Positions 12,935 through 26,360 of a stretch of 64,000 bases of DNA are shown one piece after another. The position numbers and the translations under genes are program-made. Positions within the stretch are counted from its first letter, which is position 1; each line of letters opens with the position of its first letter. The stretch comes from Dicyema japonicum (lineage: Eukaryota > Animalia > Dicyemida): positions 41,476 through 105,475 of the forward strand of contig RDEW01000013.1 of NCBI GenBank assembly GCA_011109175.1, given 5' to 3'. The notes beneath the pieces are model-generated. The model saw nothing but the letters and a program-made list of their open reading frames with translations, searched no databases and had not been told where the DNA came from.

Positions 12935-13219
12935 TTAATGTGTGTTTGATGAACTTCTGATTCTAATAGTCATCGTTAATAGACTTCATCGCATTAGTTT
13001 TATAATACCTCCAAATTATCTTGAGACAGTGTTTCTCAACCTTTTTTGTATCGCCCCATAAAAAATTTATCTCCCCCATAATAATTATAAATAATGATGT
13101 TATAATTAATTAGTATTTTTTATTAAAAATTATTAATGTGACCCGGCCTTCTTGCTGAACGTTAACGTCTGATGACATCGGATCTTCAGCTCGTGGGTCC
13201 AAATCCGAAAGATGGATTT

Positions 13220-13560
13220 TTCAGGGAAAGTGATTCGGTCAATTTCAAAAATTATGGAAAAAATTGTCTTCTGGAGGCTTGAAAAAGGAGAAAGAAAACT
13301 ACTTCAGAAATGATCAATTTGGTTTTCGCCCAGGACGGTCCACAGAGCCATAATCGGTCTCGGACAGGAAGCCCAAAGGAACTAGTGAATCGGGTGAAAG
13401 TGTACCTAGAAGGAAGAAACTCCTATGTTAGATGCGGACGCTATTTTTCAAGTATGATATTATTAAGAGAGTAGTCCCCCAAGGATCAATTTTGAGCCCT
13501 CTATTGTTTAATGTTCTAATGGCCGGTTTCCCGTCTCCGAGTACACCAAGTACGTTGTGT
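13220..13560 (+). mobile_element. Non-LTR reverse transcriptase fragment
   Basis: SKIMEKIV, DQFGFRPGRST and VPQGSILSPLLFN motifs. Confidence 0.75.
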
Positions 13561-14383
13561 GTCGAGATCGAGTATGATCTCAGAGAGGAGACTCAATGTG
13601 TATATGGAAAATATAAAAACTGGTACGGCCCCCAAGGATTAAAACTGTCAGAAAAAAATCAATTGCAATAAGGTTTTTTGGTCGAAATGAAAAAAAATCA
13701 GCAAGGCTCCTATGCGGAATCAATATTGTGAAATTCCTGAAGTATCTCGGAACAGCTATTGAGAAAACAGGGACTACATTATATGATCTTAACTCGAAGG
13801 AAGAAAGCTCATCTATACGATATTGTGTATGAAGAAATTGAGACTCGAAGCGGATATGTTTTATTTATTTTTAACGTACGATTATTCAATCACTCCTTTA
13901 TTGACTGGAAAGGTGGTATTACACTGCATACAAAGAGCGTTTATCTTGCTTCTTGAAAAGTCGAGGAGAGCAGGGATTAAAATTGCTCTTCACAAAAAGC
14001 TCGACGAGAAGCTAGATAAAGATGAAAATTTGCTAGTAATGTCAATAAGAGTGCAGCAGAAAAACGCCGTCATCAGTAGATACTCACTGCGGAACTGGAT
14101 TGTCTAGGAAAGGACACTCACATAAGAAAAAGAAAAAAAGAAGTGAAGATCATTCCTTGGTTCTACGATTAGTTAAAAATTAACTGTTCTTTACTTAAAT
14201 AAAGTGTGTGTCCTGCCTATGCGGAGTTACAAATACTATGGCTCTCGTGAAAAGGCTTTATTATTCTACAAATATGATGTGGAAAGAATTTTTTAGATAA
14301 TTATACATAAATATGTTGTTTTTCTACTTTTGTGATAGAAAGCACCTGATTAACAAATATTCTTGATTCCAGTACTAACTCAT

Positions 14384-17235
14384 TTTAGCGTGCGTCATGT
14401 GGTTCACCGTTTCTGGTGGCGTCGGATATAGTCCTAAACTATATCTAAAAAGAACCATTTGCTCTCTACCAACCAGAGGACTTGCCACTGGACGGCATTT
14501 TCTCTCACTGTTGGAACATTTTATCGATTGAGACTGTTGACCTCAGGAGACGTGGAACAAAATTTAGGCCCAAAGAAGTTAACAATCCAAAGCTTAAACA
14601 TAAACGAGATCAGAGGAAAGATTGCCGAACTTTTCTTATTCTTGGAGAGGAACAGAGTAGACATCTGCCTTCTCCAGGAAACGAAGCTTTCAAATAACAT
14701 TCCTACTCCTCTCGTTAACGGATGCAACACAGTAAGATCCGACCGCCCATCTGGCCAAGGAGGGGGTCTACTGACTGTTGTGAGAAAAGGAATAAAATAC
14801 CTCGAGAACCCTTCTCCTTACAAGAGCTTAATGGAAGAATCGAACACGGAGATAATTGGAATCTCTGTTATAACTTCCATTGGAAAAATTGAAATTGTGA
14901 ATGTTTATGTTCCTCCTCCTGGCTCCTGCAAGAAAAATTTCTCCTTTGACCTATCTACCTTGGACAAACTGGAGAACTTGCTTTTATGTGGAGACCTGAA
15001 TGCGAAGCACCCTTCTTGGTTCCGCTACCAATCCGCTGATAACAGAGGAAACCTGCTATTATCCCAAATGCAAAACTTAATAATCATCAACAACCCGAAA
15101 AGAACACTAGGACACCATACAACACGAAGGACATGGTGACATCTCCGGACTTATCCGTCTGCTCACCTCGTCTTTCTCCGATCATTAATTGGACGGTCCG
15201 TTATGACCTCCGGAGCGACCACCATTCAATGTTAATGAAGCTGAACTGCGAGCCACGCTTTGTACCGAAGCCTATTCATTTCTATGATTACAAAAATGCA
15301 AATTGGACTGGCTTTACAAATTTCGTTGATTCAAAACTGCAACATTTCCAATCTGAAAATTTCTCCTCCATAGACAAAGCTATATACTATTTCAACAAAA
15401 TAATCATTGACGGAAGAAATATTTTTATCAGAAAAGCATATATAAAAAACGAAAAATTGAAATACGACTCAAAAACAAGGAAAATAATTATGGAAAGAAA
15501 CAACCTTAAGAAAATGATACATCGTTCACGAGAGGTTATTAATCGAATCAGGTCACTAAACATTCTTATCACGAAAAGCACAAACAACACCCAAAGGAAG
15601 AAACTCAGGCGAATCTCTGCTGCCATGAATAACCAGACCTCAATTTCCAACATGTGGAAGATGTTGAGGCGTCTGAAGAACCCAGAATACGAAGATAACA
15701 AAGAACAATGCCAGCTCAATCTGAATAAATATATGAAACATTGTATTCGAATCAGTCACATTCCTTATAAAAAGATTAACACACAAACGAAAATAAAGAG
15801 AAAGCCATCCAAATTTGCCCCGCTGATTTATTTTCTCCCGAAAGATGTATCCAAAGCAATATCAAATCAGAAAAAAACAAACTCATGTGGCCCAGACGGA
15901 ATTCCTCTTATTCTGCTGAAACACTTGGGCCCAGCATCAATAAATGCATTAACAACATCTACAACACATCGCTGAACAAAATACCATACCGACTTTATGG
16001 AAACTATCAAAAATTCGACCAATATTGAAGCCGGAAGACCGAAGAACGATCCCGGCTCTTACAGACCAGTTTCCCTTATATGTGTTTTGTCGAGGATCCT
16101 GGAGAAACTGGTCCTAAAAGTTATTCGCCCTTCTCTCCCACAACCTACATTCCAACATGGCTTCAAGGAAGGATTATCAACAACCTCCTTCCTAACAACA
16201 TTAATGAAGTTCATAACTGAAGGACACAAGAACAAGCCAAAACAGGAAAAATCGGTCATATGTACGATCGACATTCAAAAAGCTTTCGACTCTGTCCCAA
16301 GGAAGATCCTCATACGAAAAATATTTTTGACAAAAATTGATGCACCATTAAAGTTATGGTTAGCAAATTTCGTAAGTGGACGCTGAGGGAAAGTATCCGT
16401 CGGAAACAAGAGTTCCAGATCGGGATTATTACCCAATGGTGTACCCCAAGGATCTCCTCTGTCACCAATCCTTTTTAATTTGTTTTTGAGTGATCTCCCC
16501 GTACCTATGAATAATAATGACATACTACTTTCCTATGCCGATGACATAGTTGTCGCATCTAGAGACGTAAACGTCGAACATGCTAAGGAAAGACTACAAG
16601 GAATACTAAATAACATATTTGGATGGTTGTGCGAGAATCGATTAAATGCATGTTCCGAAAAGTCAGCAGTCACTCTATTTACTAAGAATAGAAAGATGGG
16701 AACGCAAACAATTGATGTCACGTTAAATGGAGTACCTATACCACAAAAGAAATCGCAGAAGATACTGGGAGTAACTTTTGATACTTTCCTCTGCTTCTCA
16801 GCCCATGTGGAATCTATCATATCAACCTGTGCAAAGAAGATCAATTTTGTAAAGGCCTTCCTTTGGAACTGTGGAGGAATTTATCCGCCAGGTATCGGGA
16901 CCCTCTACAAGCAGTATGTCGAGCCAACAATAGGCTATGCATGTGCTGCATGGGGATCTAACCTGTCGGCAACGAACCTAACAAAAATTCAAGATATCCA
17001 GTCAAGAGCAAAAAAATTACTAGAAAAATATACAGATAAAGAAATTGCCCCCAGAGCACTCGAGTCTATCATAGAGACAACTGGAGGCAATTTCAGAAGA
17101 GGAAAGGAAAAAGACCTCCGTCCGTATAGAAAATGCGTGGGATCACGGTCCGATTATTGTGAGATGCCGGGATCACCTGAATATTAGTTATTGGTTAAGA
17201 CGGTGTTTCTTTGGCTTAAATAATAAATAAAAAAA
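14384..17235 (+). mobile_element. Full-length Ingi/Vingi-like LINE (2.85 kb; 2A-like peptide, APE, RT; frameshifted)
   Basis: 13 bp TSD AGTACTAACTCAT (14371-14383 and 17236-17248); 5' signature; LLTSGDVEQNLGP; APE (CLLQETK, GDLNAKH, SPDLS, SDH); RT (SYRPVSL, DIQKAFD, PQGSPLSP, YADD); 3' stem-loop and tail; no RNase H seen. Confidence 0.92.
14388..14457 (+). ncRNA. HDV-like ribozyme-like fold, copy C
   Basis: P2 TGGTTC/GAACCA, P3 ACC/GGT, perfect P4 GATATAG/CTATATC. Confidence 0.55.
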
Positions 17236-18923
17236 GTACTAACTCATCGATTGTCTGTCAGATAATTGACGATGTGCTAAGAGATTTTGGGATAGATTGC
17301 GATAATTTTGGGTTACTGGTCTCTGATGCGGCCAGATACATGGTATCTGCTGGTAAACTCCGTCACATCTACATTCTCTCCAATTTGGCAACCAATTAAT
17401 TACTTAGTTTGGTCAATTTGTTGTTCATAGGCTATAGACAATTGCTATTCCTGCAGACACGAGTTATGGGGGCATTGTATGAGCATTGCTACGTTCATTG
17501 TATTCTACTGGATTTGTTGTTGATAGCCTCCTGACGTTCTCTTCTTGATTTTTGAAAGTATTTTATGTTGTCAACAGACTTGTTAGAATCCGAACGGATA
17601 TTGAAGGCCAGCGTAGTTAGCAGCCCCTCCGCGAGAAACTCACTAAATATGGCTTTGACAGAGTCAATCACTTGAGGAGTTCATTCAGATTTGTTATTGT
17701 TTTTTTACAGAGTCAACGATTGCTCGTAGAGATAAGACCTTAGAAAAAAGGTCATGATTGTGATTCCTTGTACAGGAAGCAGTCCATGGACCACATTAGA
17801 ATAAAATTTTATTAAAGATCAGGATATAACGATAGTTATGGGGAATTACGTTATTAAAAATCCTGCCGTGAAGCCTGGATTCTTTCCCAGTTTTACACCC
17901 CTCTTAAGAGGAGTCATTTGATCCATCTATTTCTGAGAAGTCCAGTTCCTGGCTGACATCCAAAAATGATCTTTCTGGAGGGTTTCTTTCAGCTAAGACT
18001 AGGGTGAATTTGTTACTTGGAAAAAACGGGTTTCACTCCAGTCGTGGAAGTGGATGTACCACGATTAGACTTAAAATGAGATGTTAGACATTTCATTTGT
18101 CATGAAGAGACTGATTAAAGTCGGAAAAGGCTAAGATTGAGACTTAATTACAGGAGCACATCGGAACTGTCCACAAGAAGTCAGCTAAAATCAATATCAA
18201 TCCACAATTGAACCACAACTGCCGTTAAACCTAACTCATGAGCGAGATTTTGACATGCAGAAGAAAAAACAACTAATAGAGTAACAAAAATCAGTTTTAT
18301 CCACCAAAAGCTTTGCAGTCCAAGGTGGTGTCAAAACGCATGTTTCGACAGTCAAAGGCATGTTTCTGTACCTTTTCCGATTTCTTCGGTAGCGTATTTA
18401 CTAATTGTTCCACCGCTCTAGAGCTCTTGAAGGAGATTGGAAGCGGTCTCCCATGTTTGAGTATTTATTCAATTTCCTTCGTTTGACATGCTAAGTAACT
18501 AAAAAGACGTTCTCAAACTTTTTAGCAAAATTAAAAAAAATATCCAGCATTTCGATGGTATTGTACGTTTTTTCTCAAATGTGTGCGGCTTGCCTGATAT
18601 AGCCATGAATAAAGCAATAGATGCAACAACACCATCATCTCCGTAATCAGTCTTCTATAGTCCTCCATGTATGATAACTAATTTGTTACCCCCAACTTTG
18701 AGTTCATACCACCCCTGAAAACGATTTTCTCAACAAGGCCCACCTGAAATTTCATATTTTCCACAAGTAAGCGATATCTCCCACCCTGAACTAGACAATC
18801 CACACAGTCTGACAAAGACAAACGAGAGGCAAAGAGGGAGTCTACCGCATAGTAATCGTTGAATTTTAGAAAATTCCCAAATCATTAATAAATAAGATAT
18901 TTTAATAGAATATTTAGCAAAAA

Positions 18924-20524
18924 TCAGCTTAGCTTCTTATTCGATGGAACCCAGCCCTGTCGTGCTCCCCCAAACTTTTTGATAGTCTCCTTGACTTTAT
19001 CATATATTTCCATGTAATTGCTGCCGAAACAACAGCTAAGATTAAAACGAACAAGTAAACCAGTAAATAGCTTAGAATTAGTCTCCTCGATTTTCTTAAT
19101 TTTATTAAATATTTTAATATGCTCTGCTCTCTTACAGTGTCGGTAAATTGCACTAAAATTTAGTCAGGAATCAGCAACCTGGCGTTGTCCACGGAAATAA
19201 GCTTGACAAAGATCACAATTGGATGAATCCCCAGGGAAATCAGTCGCTCGATGGAGATAGGATTCATATTCAGCAGACAGTGGACTCCCTGTAATAATCA
19301 AACACGTTCTACGTGATTAAGACTCTTCGAGTTGATTTCGTTCACAGTGACTCCGTAAAGGTTGTTTTTGAAGATCCCAATTTCGACGAACTGTCCCCCT
19401 CTCAACATTTCCAGCATGTCTTGTTTACTCATAAAATAGTAGGAAATCCTTTCCTTTTCGTTCTCCTTCTGTTCCCGGCATGTGCCTGAGACATTCTTAC
19501 AACCAATACATGAGACAGCCATAGTGTACTTCTCTGGCTCCTGTTTTAGCAAGTCGTCGGTTATTTTGGCGTATTCAGCTCCCATTAGAAACACGGGACG
19601 AGAATAGCTAACTGAAATGACACCATACAAGCTACATGACACGTGTTCTACGATGTGGTATGAGAGAATCGGAGTTTGAGGGTGATTATCTTCCGAAGGT
19701 TCTTTTTTCTTGGATTTTAAGTCCCAAAACGAATTCTTCTTACCAGACTGTTCCTTCAGACTCAGAAAAGAAGGCAAACCGTCATATAGAGAGACTGAAG
19801 GTTGAAGTTCACCTTTCTGTTGGAAAACTTCTTCTCAGCCCTTAAATACCCCAAATCGAAAACCTTTCCTTACTGGGGATAAATCCAACCTCTGATATTT
19901 TGTTTGTGGAGACCTGACAAATTTTAACAGCCTTCCACCAATCCTGATCTCCCATATTAAACACAAGTAAAATGTCCCCGCACTCGAAAGAGATCCCCTT
20001 TCCAGGAACTCTTTGATCTGAATCCGCGCAGTACGAAAACTCTGATCTATTAGTTACATGAGCTTCCCGTACCTTATATACACATTTTCCTTGGGATTGT
20101 TGACGCTGAGGTTCAACTGTTGGATTGAGTGAATTGAAGGAAAGCCATCATATCTCAAGGATTCGAATTCTAAGAGTGAGTCAAAGGGTTCTACCGTCGG
20201 GTTCGTGTCGGACTTCAAATTCCGTGGGTTCTGTAGCATTTCTGATGATTTCCACGGCCTGACTGTGTTCGACGTTGGTGAAATCAAACTCATTAACCTA
20301 AATTTTAAATTCTAATGACCTTTAAAATCCTGTCTCCTTGTCTCAATTTCCCATTGGAATCAGCAGCCCCACCGGGAATTATCGACGTGATGAAGATCCC
20401 CACGTTCAAATCAGCTCCACCAACAAAGCAGAAGCCAAAGTTCTTGTCGACTGAACGATTCAAGACAATCTTCCTAACAGGTCGGTTAATTTTACTATCA
20501 ATTAGCATTTCTAACAGTCCATAA
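18924..20524 (-). CDS. DLG1: Discs-large (DLG)-type MAGUK: PDZ-SH3-HOOK-GUK; 5' exons possibly up to ~21225
   Basis: PDZ (FGFCFVGG..GIFITSIIPGGAAD..LRQGDRIL); SH3 (GISFECGDIL..DWWKA..GFIPSK); GUK (YSRPVFLMG..DDLL..FVEIG..NNLYG..HCLL..IHPIVIFVK); C-terminus WVPSNKKL. Short introns; one apparent 1-nt slip near 19020. Confidence 0.85.
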
Positions 20525-22555
20525 TTGTAAAATGGCCTAATTTAGATTATCACAGCAGCGAGTACCCAACAGCCTACGGGAAACAATGACTAAGCTTGAC
20601 GTTGAGACAAATAAGCCATAAAATCGTTAATCGATGAACAATTAACTGTTAAAATGATCGCAAATATAATGAGGACGCAGCTGCTATTGACAACCGATCC
20701 CACGTGGGAGGGAATAAGTATGTTAGACAGCATGGTATTCTACCTGGAATTGGCGGCTTCAGTGGTTTGATTAAGTGGTTTGTGTATGGCTGACTTGTCT
20801 AAGAGTTGACGATAAATAGAAACTCAGAGAGCTGGTGGAAGGAGGAATAAAGGTATCCTATCAATTACAAGGAAATATACTCTCTTGGAGTCGCTTGCGG
20901 TTGGAACTGATTTGTGGCGTCTAAATTGAATTTAAAACGATTTACATATCGTTTTCCGTACTCATTGCATTCCGTGACGCTGGGGCTAAACATGACATTA
21001 CCCAACCAACTGTTGTTATGCAACACCCCCAAGCGGATAAAAGTCGATTTATCCGATCGATTGACTTGTATTTGTTTACGATCGATTAGTGAATTCTGCT
21101 AATTAGTCTGGATAAGATTTTTAGTTATCAAAAAGCAAATTACTTGCCTTGTTCCCTTTTGGTGGGCCTGTCAAGCGACGAGAGTCGAGTTCCTCAATTT
21201 CAGCCAAAGGAGCCTTTGAGGACATCTAAAAGTTACGTTTTCAATGGGTAGGATAATGATGAGATTTAAAAAGGGGGATAAGATTTAAGAAAAGGGATCA
21301 ACCGAAAATGCATAAACCAACACTTACATGTAGTACCACAAAATGCGCGCCATTATTAATGTATTTAAAAATCAAAATTATTTGCGGCAATGAACAATTG
21401 TTGCTATGTTCCACGTGGGATGGAAATTGAGCTTACCTCAAGATTAGGGTTAAAAGTTGACTTTTCTGAGACTTTTTGTTTAAATAATATAATCGCTACT
21501 TGACATTACGCTAATGTTCAATAGAACAACAAGAGAGTCGATAAATTCCATAAATTCGATGTTTTGCTGATATATTTGGCTTTTTCGCAGTTTTTTGTAG
21601 TAAAAATGGAGTTCTTAATTGATAACAAATCTCACTGTTAAGTTGGTAGATTTGAAACGTGTTTTTCATTTTCAGATTTATTGAGGCAAGGTTCGATTAA
21701 CCTTCCCTAGTCGACCGATTATCGATAAAATCTGTGAATGTGGTTGTTTGCTATTTTAATAACGCTAATTAAGGATTTCACCAAATCGATGTCCCGCATT
21801 TTCATGAAAGGAAAAATACAAAAGAGGCTAATAGCAGTCCATTATTTGACAGTTTGGCTTTAATGTGCTCAACTCAAGTAGTTTTAGGATAATCGATGCC
21901 TCTCATGTAAGTGTGACGATTTAATAGAGATTTCTCTTGGATTTGCTACTCCTTGGGTGAGATTTTCGATGATATGGTTTAATATCTTTCAAGCATTGCT
22001 TTGGGAGATGTCGATATTCAAACACGTTGAAGCATCGAGAAGGGGAAAACTAATTATTCGAATAATCATAACTTCCACGATTACTTAATTTCTCCTATTC
22101 ATCCTTCAATGGTGATTCCTCAGTCCTGAAAAGTCTCAGGGTCTTCCTCACTACGGTACACAGTGAGTCATTGAATCAAAATTTCAGACGGTAGAGGAAC
22201 AACCAATTGGAACTGAGACTCACTAGGGAGATGATATGGTGATTAATTCAACTTAAAAAAGGAGGAGGAATTGAAGGCCTGCAACTGTTCTTTATTGGAG
22301 AAGGGTCAACATTTTGGTAAATCCCTACTATTAGCCTCTTGCACAGTAGGTCGCACGAAACGACTTCCCTGTAGTGCGTCAAGGGACACGCTTTCAAAAG
22401 TTCTCTTGACCACAGTTGCTTGTATATTTAGAATCATCTGAAAATTATAATCTATTGATTACTGAGGGTTCAAAAATTAGTATGAAAACCACGTATCATG
22501 TTCACTTAGCAAATACAAGGAATCATACCATCTACCGTAATATTATTAACATACG

Positions 22556-22995
22556 TGTCACACTAAAATAAACGTTACAGTACTCGACATTTTTTTTGTT
22601 TTTTTAAATTTATTAAGCCAATTAAAGACAAAAACTAACAGTTAGCAATCACTGGTTTCACTCATAATCGAGAACTCATTTCCCCTGACGATTTGCAAGG
22701 AAATGAAATCAATTAGCCAGCTCTTCTCTTCTATCATTTCTCATCTTCGCGATCCGATTCTGTTTAGCAGGGTCAGTGATCTTTAATATCTTTACCCACT
22801 TTATTTAACAGGTGATACAGCACCCGACTGACCTTATTTACCAGAAAATTAATTTTCACCACAATTTTCTATCTCCTATGAAGCTTTCTAATTTAGTTAG
22901 AGATGAAAACGAATTAACCCTAATCTTTTTTGTCTTTAATTGGCTTATTAAATTTAAAATGAAAAAATGAGTATTGTAACGTTTTTTAGTGTAAC
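22556..22995. mobile_element. MITE-like non-autonomous DNA transposon (~440 bp, ~85 bp TIRs)
   Basis: 22556-22640 is the imperfect reverse complement of 22917-22995 (ACACTAAAA..AACGTTAC..TAAGCCAATTAAAGACAAAAA). Confidence 0.8.
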
Positions 22996-23479
22996 CGTAA
23001 TGGCATGAGACATAGAACCATATTGATTACTTCTAGCGTCAGACAGATGACTTTAAGTACTTCCAAATAGTGGCTGGACGGGATTTGAATCAGGATACTT
23101 AGTGAGAACTGAGTCTGTTATCTCGTCCAGCTCACAACGGCTTTCATCCGTCTTGAAACAGAGTGTATATTTCTGGTAGTGGACGATGGAGACATTCTTT
23201 ACGTTATCAGCTCATCAATCTTTATCCCAAGACTACCGTTAAACCGAATAATAATAACAACATCAGAGACTACGGTTGCACAAACTAACTAATCACGTGA
23301 TTCTAGCACGCTCTATAGGACCTCATCTTGGCCCGACGCTCCTCCCTTGACCCCACACAAGTACGCATCGGCCGAGTGACTGGACCTTCGCAGTCACGAG
23401 AAATAAATGGTAAATTTTCAATGTAATAATCCACTTGACACAGAGTCAACAGCTTTTGGAAACGAATTAATTGATCCCT

Positions 23480-23741
23480 CTTAAATTAAAATTATTTCCA
23501 AAGACCAAGGGTAACCACACTAACTAACTCCTCGATCCAAGATTGCTTGGAGACAGACTGAGCTGGAAGCTCTGGAGGGGCACATAAGTAGTGTGGCGAG
23601 AGGGGTTACAGGAAAAGCACCGGCTATAGTAAAGGGGCTAATTAGTAAACTCCGTGTTCCCAAATGGGACCTCAAAGAGTTGAGGATGGCAAAGGTGGAG
23701 TTAGAGGAGGCAATAATGGTGTATAAGAGGAAACTATACAC
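23480..23741 (-). mobile_element. 3' relic of a second non-LTR tail family
   Basis: Terminus TGGTTACCCTTGGTCTTTG(G)AA(A)TAATTTTAAT is shared with 33158-33200 and 37745-37790. Confidence 0.6.
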
Positions 23742-23759
23742 ATGAAAGTCGGTGTAAGA

Positions 23760-26160
23760 GAAGAGAAAATAATCTGTTTGAGTTTAATCGCATATTGTTT
23801 TACCGTCGCTACACGAAAATGGTTATAGTGGATGTTCCCAGCAGGACGCGAAAATGCTTTCACATGGGGTAGTATGTGGGAGGCTAAACCACGCAGAGGA
23901 AATGCGTGGAATGTCCCGTACAGCGCCGCTCCTTTCTTGGTAGAATCTTGCGGAATTTTCGATTTCCGCAAGAAATTTGAGGCGGTAGTGAGACATCTCC
24001 TGATTGGAAAACGACCGGGGTCGATAAAGTTATAATTTATAACTTCATTTCACGAGTCTATGTGTCGTGTATTACAGAAAAGCATCACTAACCCGGAAAC
24101 GATTCCTGATTGGGCCTGCACAGGGCAGGAGCTTTGTAGAAGCAAATGGGATTCTCTCCGAAAATCAGTTGGGTACTGTGCGAAATTGTCAAAGGGCAAA
24201 AGAGCAGGCTTCAACAAGTGCCTTTCTGTGTCTCACTGAAACTCATTTTTTGTCTATGGGTGGATGTGAAGAAGGCTTACGATTCAGTTGATCATTCTTA
24301 CCTTGTCGAGTGCCTACACAGTCTGTGTATGCCTGTGTGGTTCATCAGCTTTGTAGTGGTCGTGATGAATAGGTGGAGTATTCATCTGAACTATAATAGG
24401 CACCGGATAGGCGAGGAAAAACTCAAGAGGGGGATCCTTCAGGGGGATAGCATGTCTCCGCTGCTCTTTGTTCTCTGTTTGGAGCCATTGAGTCGCCGCC
24501 TCAATGACCGGTTTGAGCAAATACCAGCTCATTGTGAAGGGGTTGTTTCAGTACAAATCACCTTCTTTTTATCGATGACCTGAAGATGTATGCTCGAACA
24601 GCCGAGGAACTCTACTCCATGGGGGTCTGTGCCAGGGAATTCTTTGAGAGTATAGGACTAGATTTGAATTATTCAAAGTCTGCGACTAACACGCAAGTAT
24701 GCAGCGAGTTAGTAAGAGTCCTAGAGGAACACGAAGGATGTAAGTATCTGGGTGTTACCGAATCTCCAAAGTCCCTTATAATGCCTGAGACAAAGCGACA
24801 AATTACTGAAGGCATCCGTAAAAGAGCAGCGTTATTGTGTAAGACGTCTCTAAATGCAAGGAATTTGTTCCTAGCATTAAATGAGTATGCTGTCTCGCTG
24901 CTAAACTACTACATAGGTGTTGTGGAGTTTGAGCCCAAAGAGTATGATGAGATGGATGTTATGATTCGTGGAGTACTCAGAGAGAACCATGTCCATGTAC
25001 TGGCAGCCAATAGGGAGAGACTATATTTACCCCGTGATAAATTCGGCCGTGGACTGTGTGGAGTAGTCCAACTAAGTCAGCGTATCCTAATACGAATGCA
25101 CGACACCCTGATAGCTGGGTCAAGTGTGTCTGCTATGAAACACGCCATAATAGCGACTGAAAAAACACGGGCAACCCACCTAGGCACTATCAGACCTTTT
25201 TTGTCTGCTAAGTATGGTTTTGATGATGGTGGGCTAGTAAATGTGAAGGCGTACAATATAATAATTTGATGGAAGAGATCAACTTAAAAAACCTTCATAA
25301 GGTCCTCTTCAGAGCATTGGACAACCCACATGTTGACCTTAAGTCGTCGACAATATGGCTAAAATACGGTGACAACTCACCTCGATCGGAAGCGCTGTAC
25401 ACGTATATGCAAGACCGCAATATTTTTGGGGGTCAATCAACAAATACATGTCCCCATTGTAAGTCAAGGAGCATGTTGGTTAATCATTTAGCCACTCGGT
25501 GCGGTTCCATGCTCTGCCACGACTATGTGTGGAGGCATAACGAGGTAGTAAGGAGTCTCCATCTACTATGCAATAAGTATGGTATTCGCCACACCAGAAA
25601 GTTGCGGACTCATAAGGTGCAATCTGTAGTAGAGAACACCAGGGTCCAAATTAAGGTAGACAGTGTTATCCGTACCTCGGTGCTAGTCAAGCACACTAAA
25701 CCGGACATTGTGGTACACGATAAGGAGTCTGGCCAAGTCCTTATCATAGAGGTTGGCATCACGTCTCAAGACCATTTGCAGACTGTGGAGGTGGAGAAAA
25801 AAAGGAAGTATGACTTGCTTGCAAACGAGATGGGCAGATACTTGGTTGCAAGGTCCTCGTTATTCCTATTGTAATGACGTGGGAAAGAATCGCAACAAAG
25901 TACCACAAGGGTTATCTGAAGCAGTTGGGGGTGGATAGGAAGCTCCAAGCCTATCTACAATCCACTGTATTAAAGCAGACCCTAGAGAGCCTGACACTGG
26001 AGTATAGGAGGCAGAACCCCGAGATGCCACATGGGCAGAGGGTTCAATTGGACAAAGCGCTCTCGGAGTTGTTTCAGCAACCAGAATCGAACCTGCCTGA
26101 GGAGGCTGGCGAACAGGCAGGCGAGGAAGGTTGTTAATTATTAAATATTAACTTTTTATT
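23760..26160 (+). mobile_element. 5'-truncated R4/Dong-like non-LTR retrotransposon (RT, zinc knuckle, restriction-like endonuclease)
   Basis: WVDVKKAYDSV, GILQGDSMSPLLF, ERLYLPRDKFGRGL, CPHC..HLATRC, YVWRHNEV and KPDIVV..IIEVG..EKKRKY motifs; frameshifted. Confidence 0.88.
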
Positions 26161-26360
26161 GTTGTCTAAATAAAGTTGAGTTTATCACACAAAAAATAAT
26201 TATAATATTATTTAATATATTTAAAAATTATTTAAATAAAATATTTAATTGAATTCCTGAATTGCTTCTAGTGGTACGTATTATTATTTGTGTTTGATTT
26301 ATTTACTAGCTTATTATGTTTCTAATTCGCGTTTTTTGTTAAATTATGATTATCTTAGAA

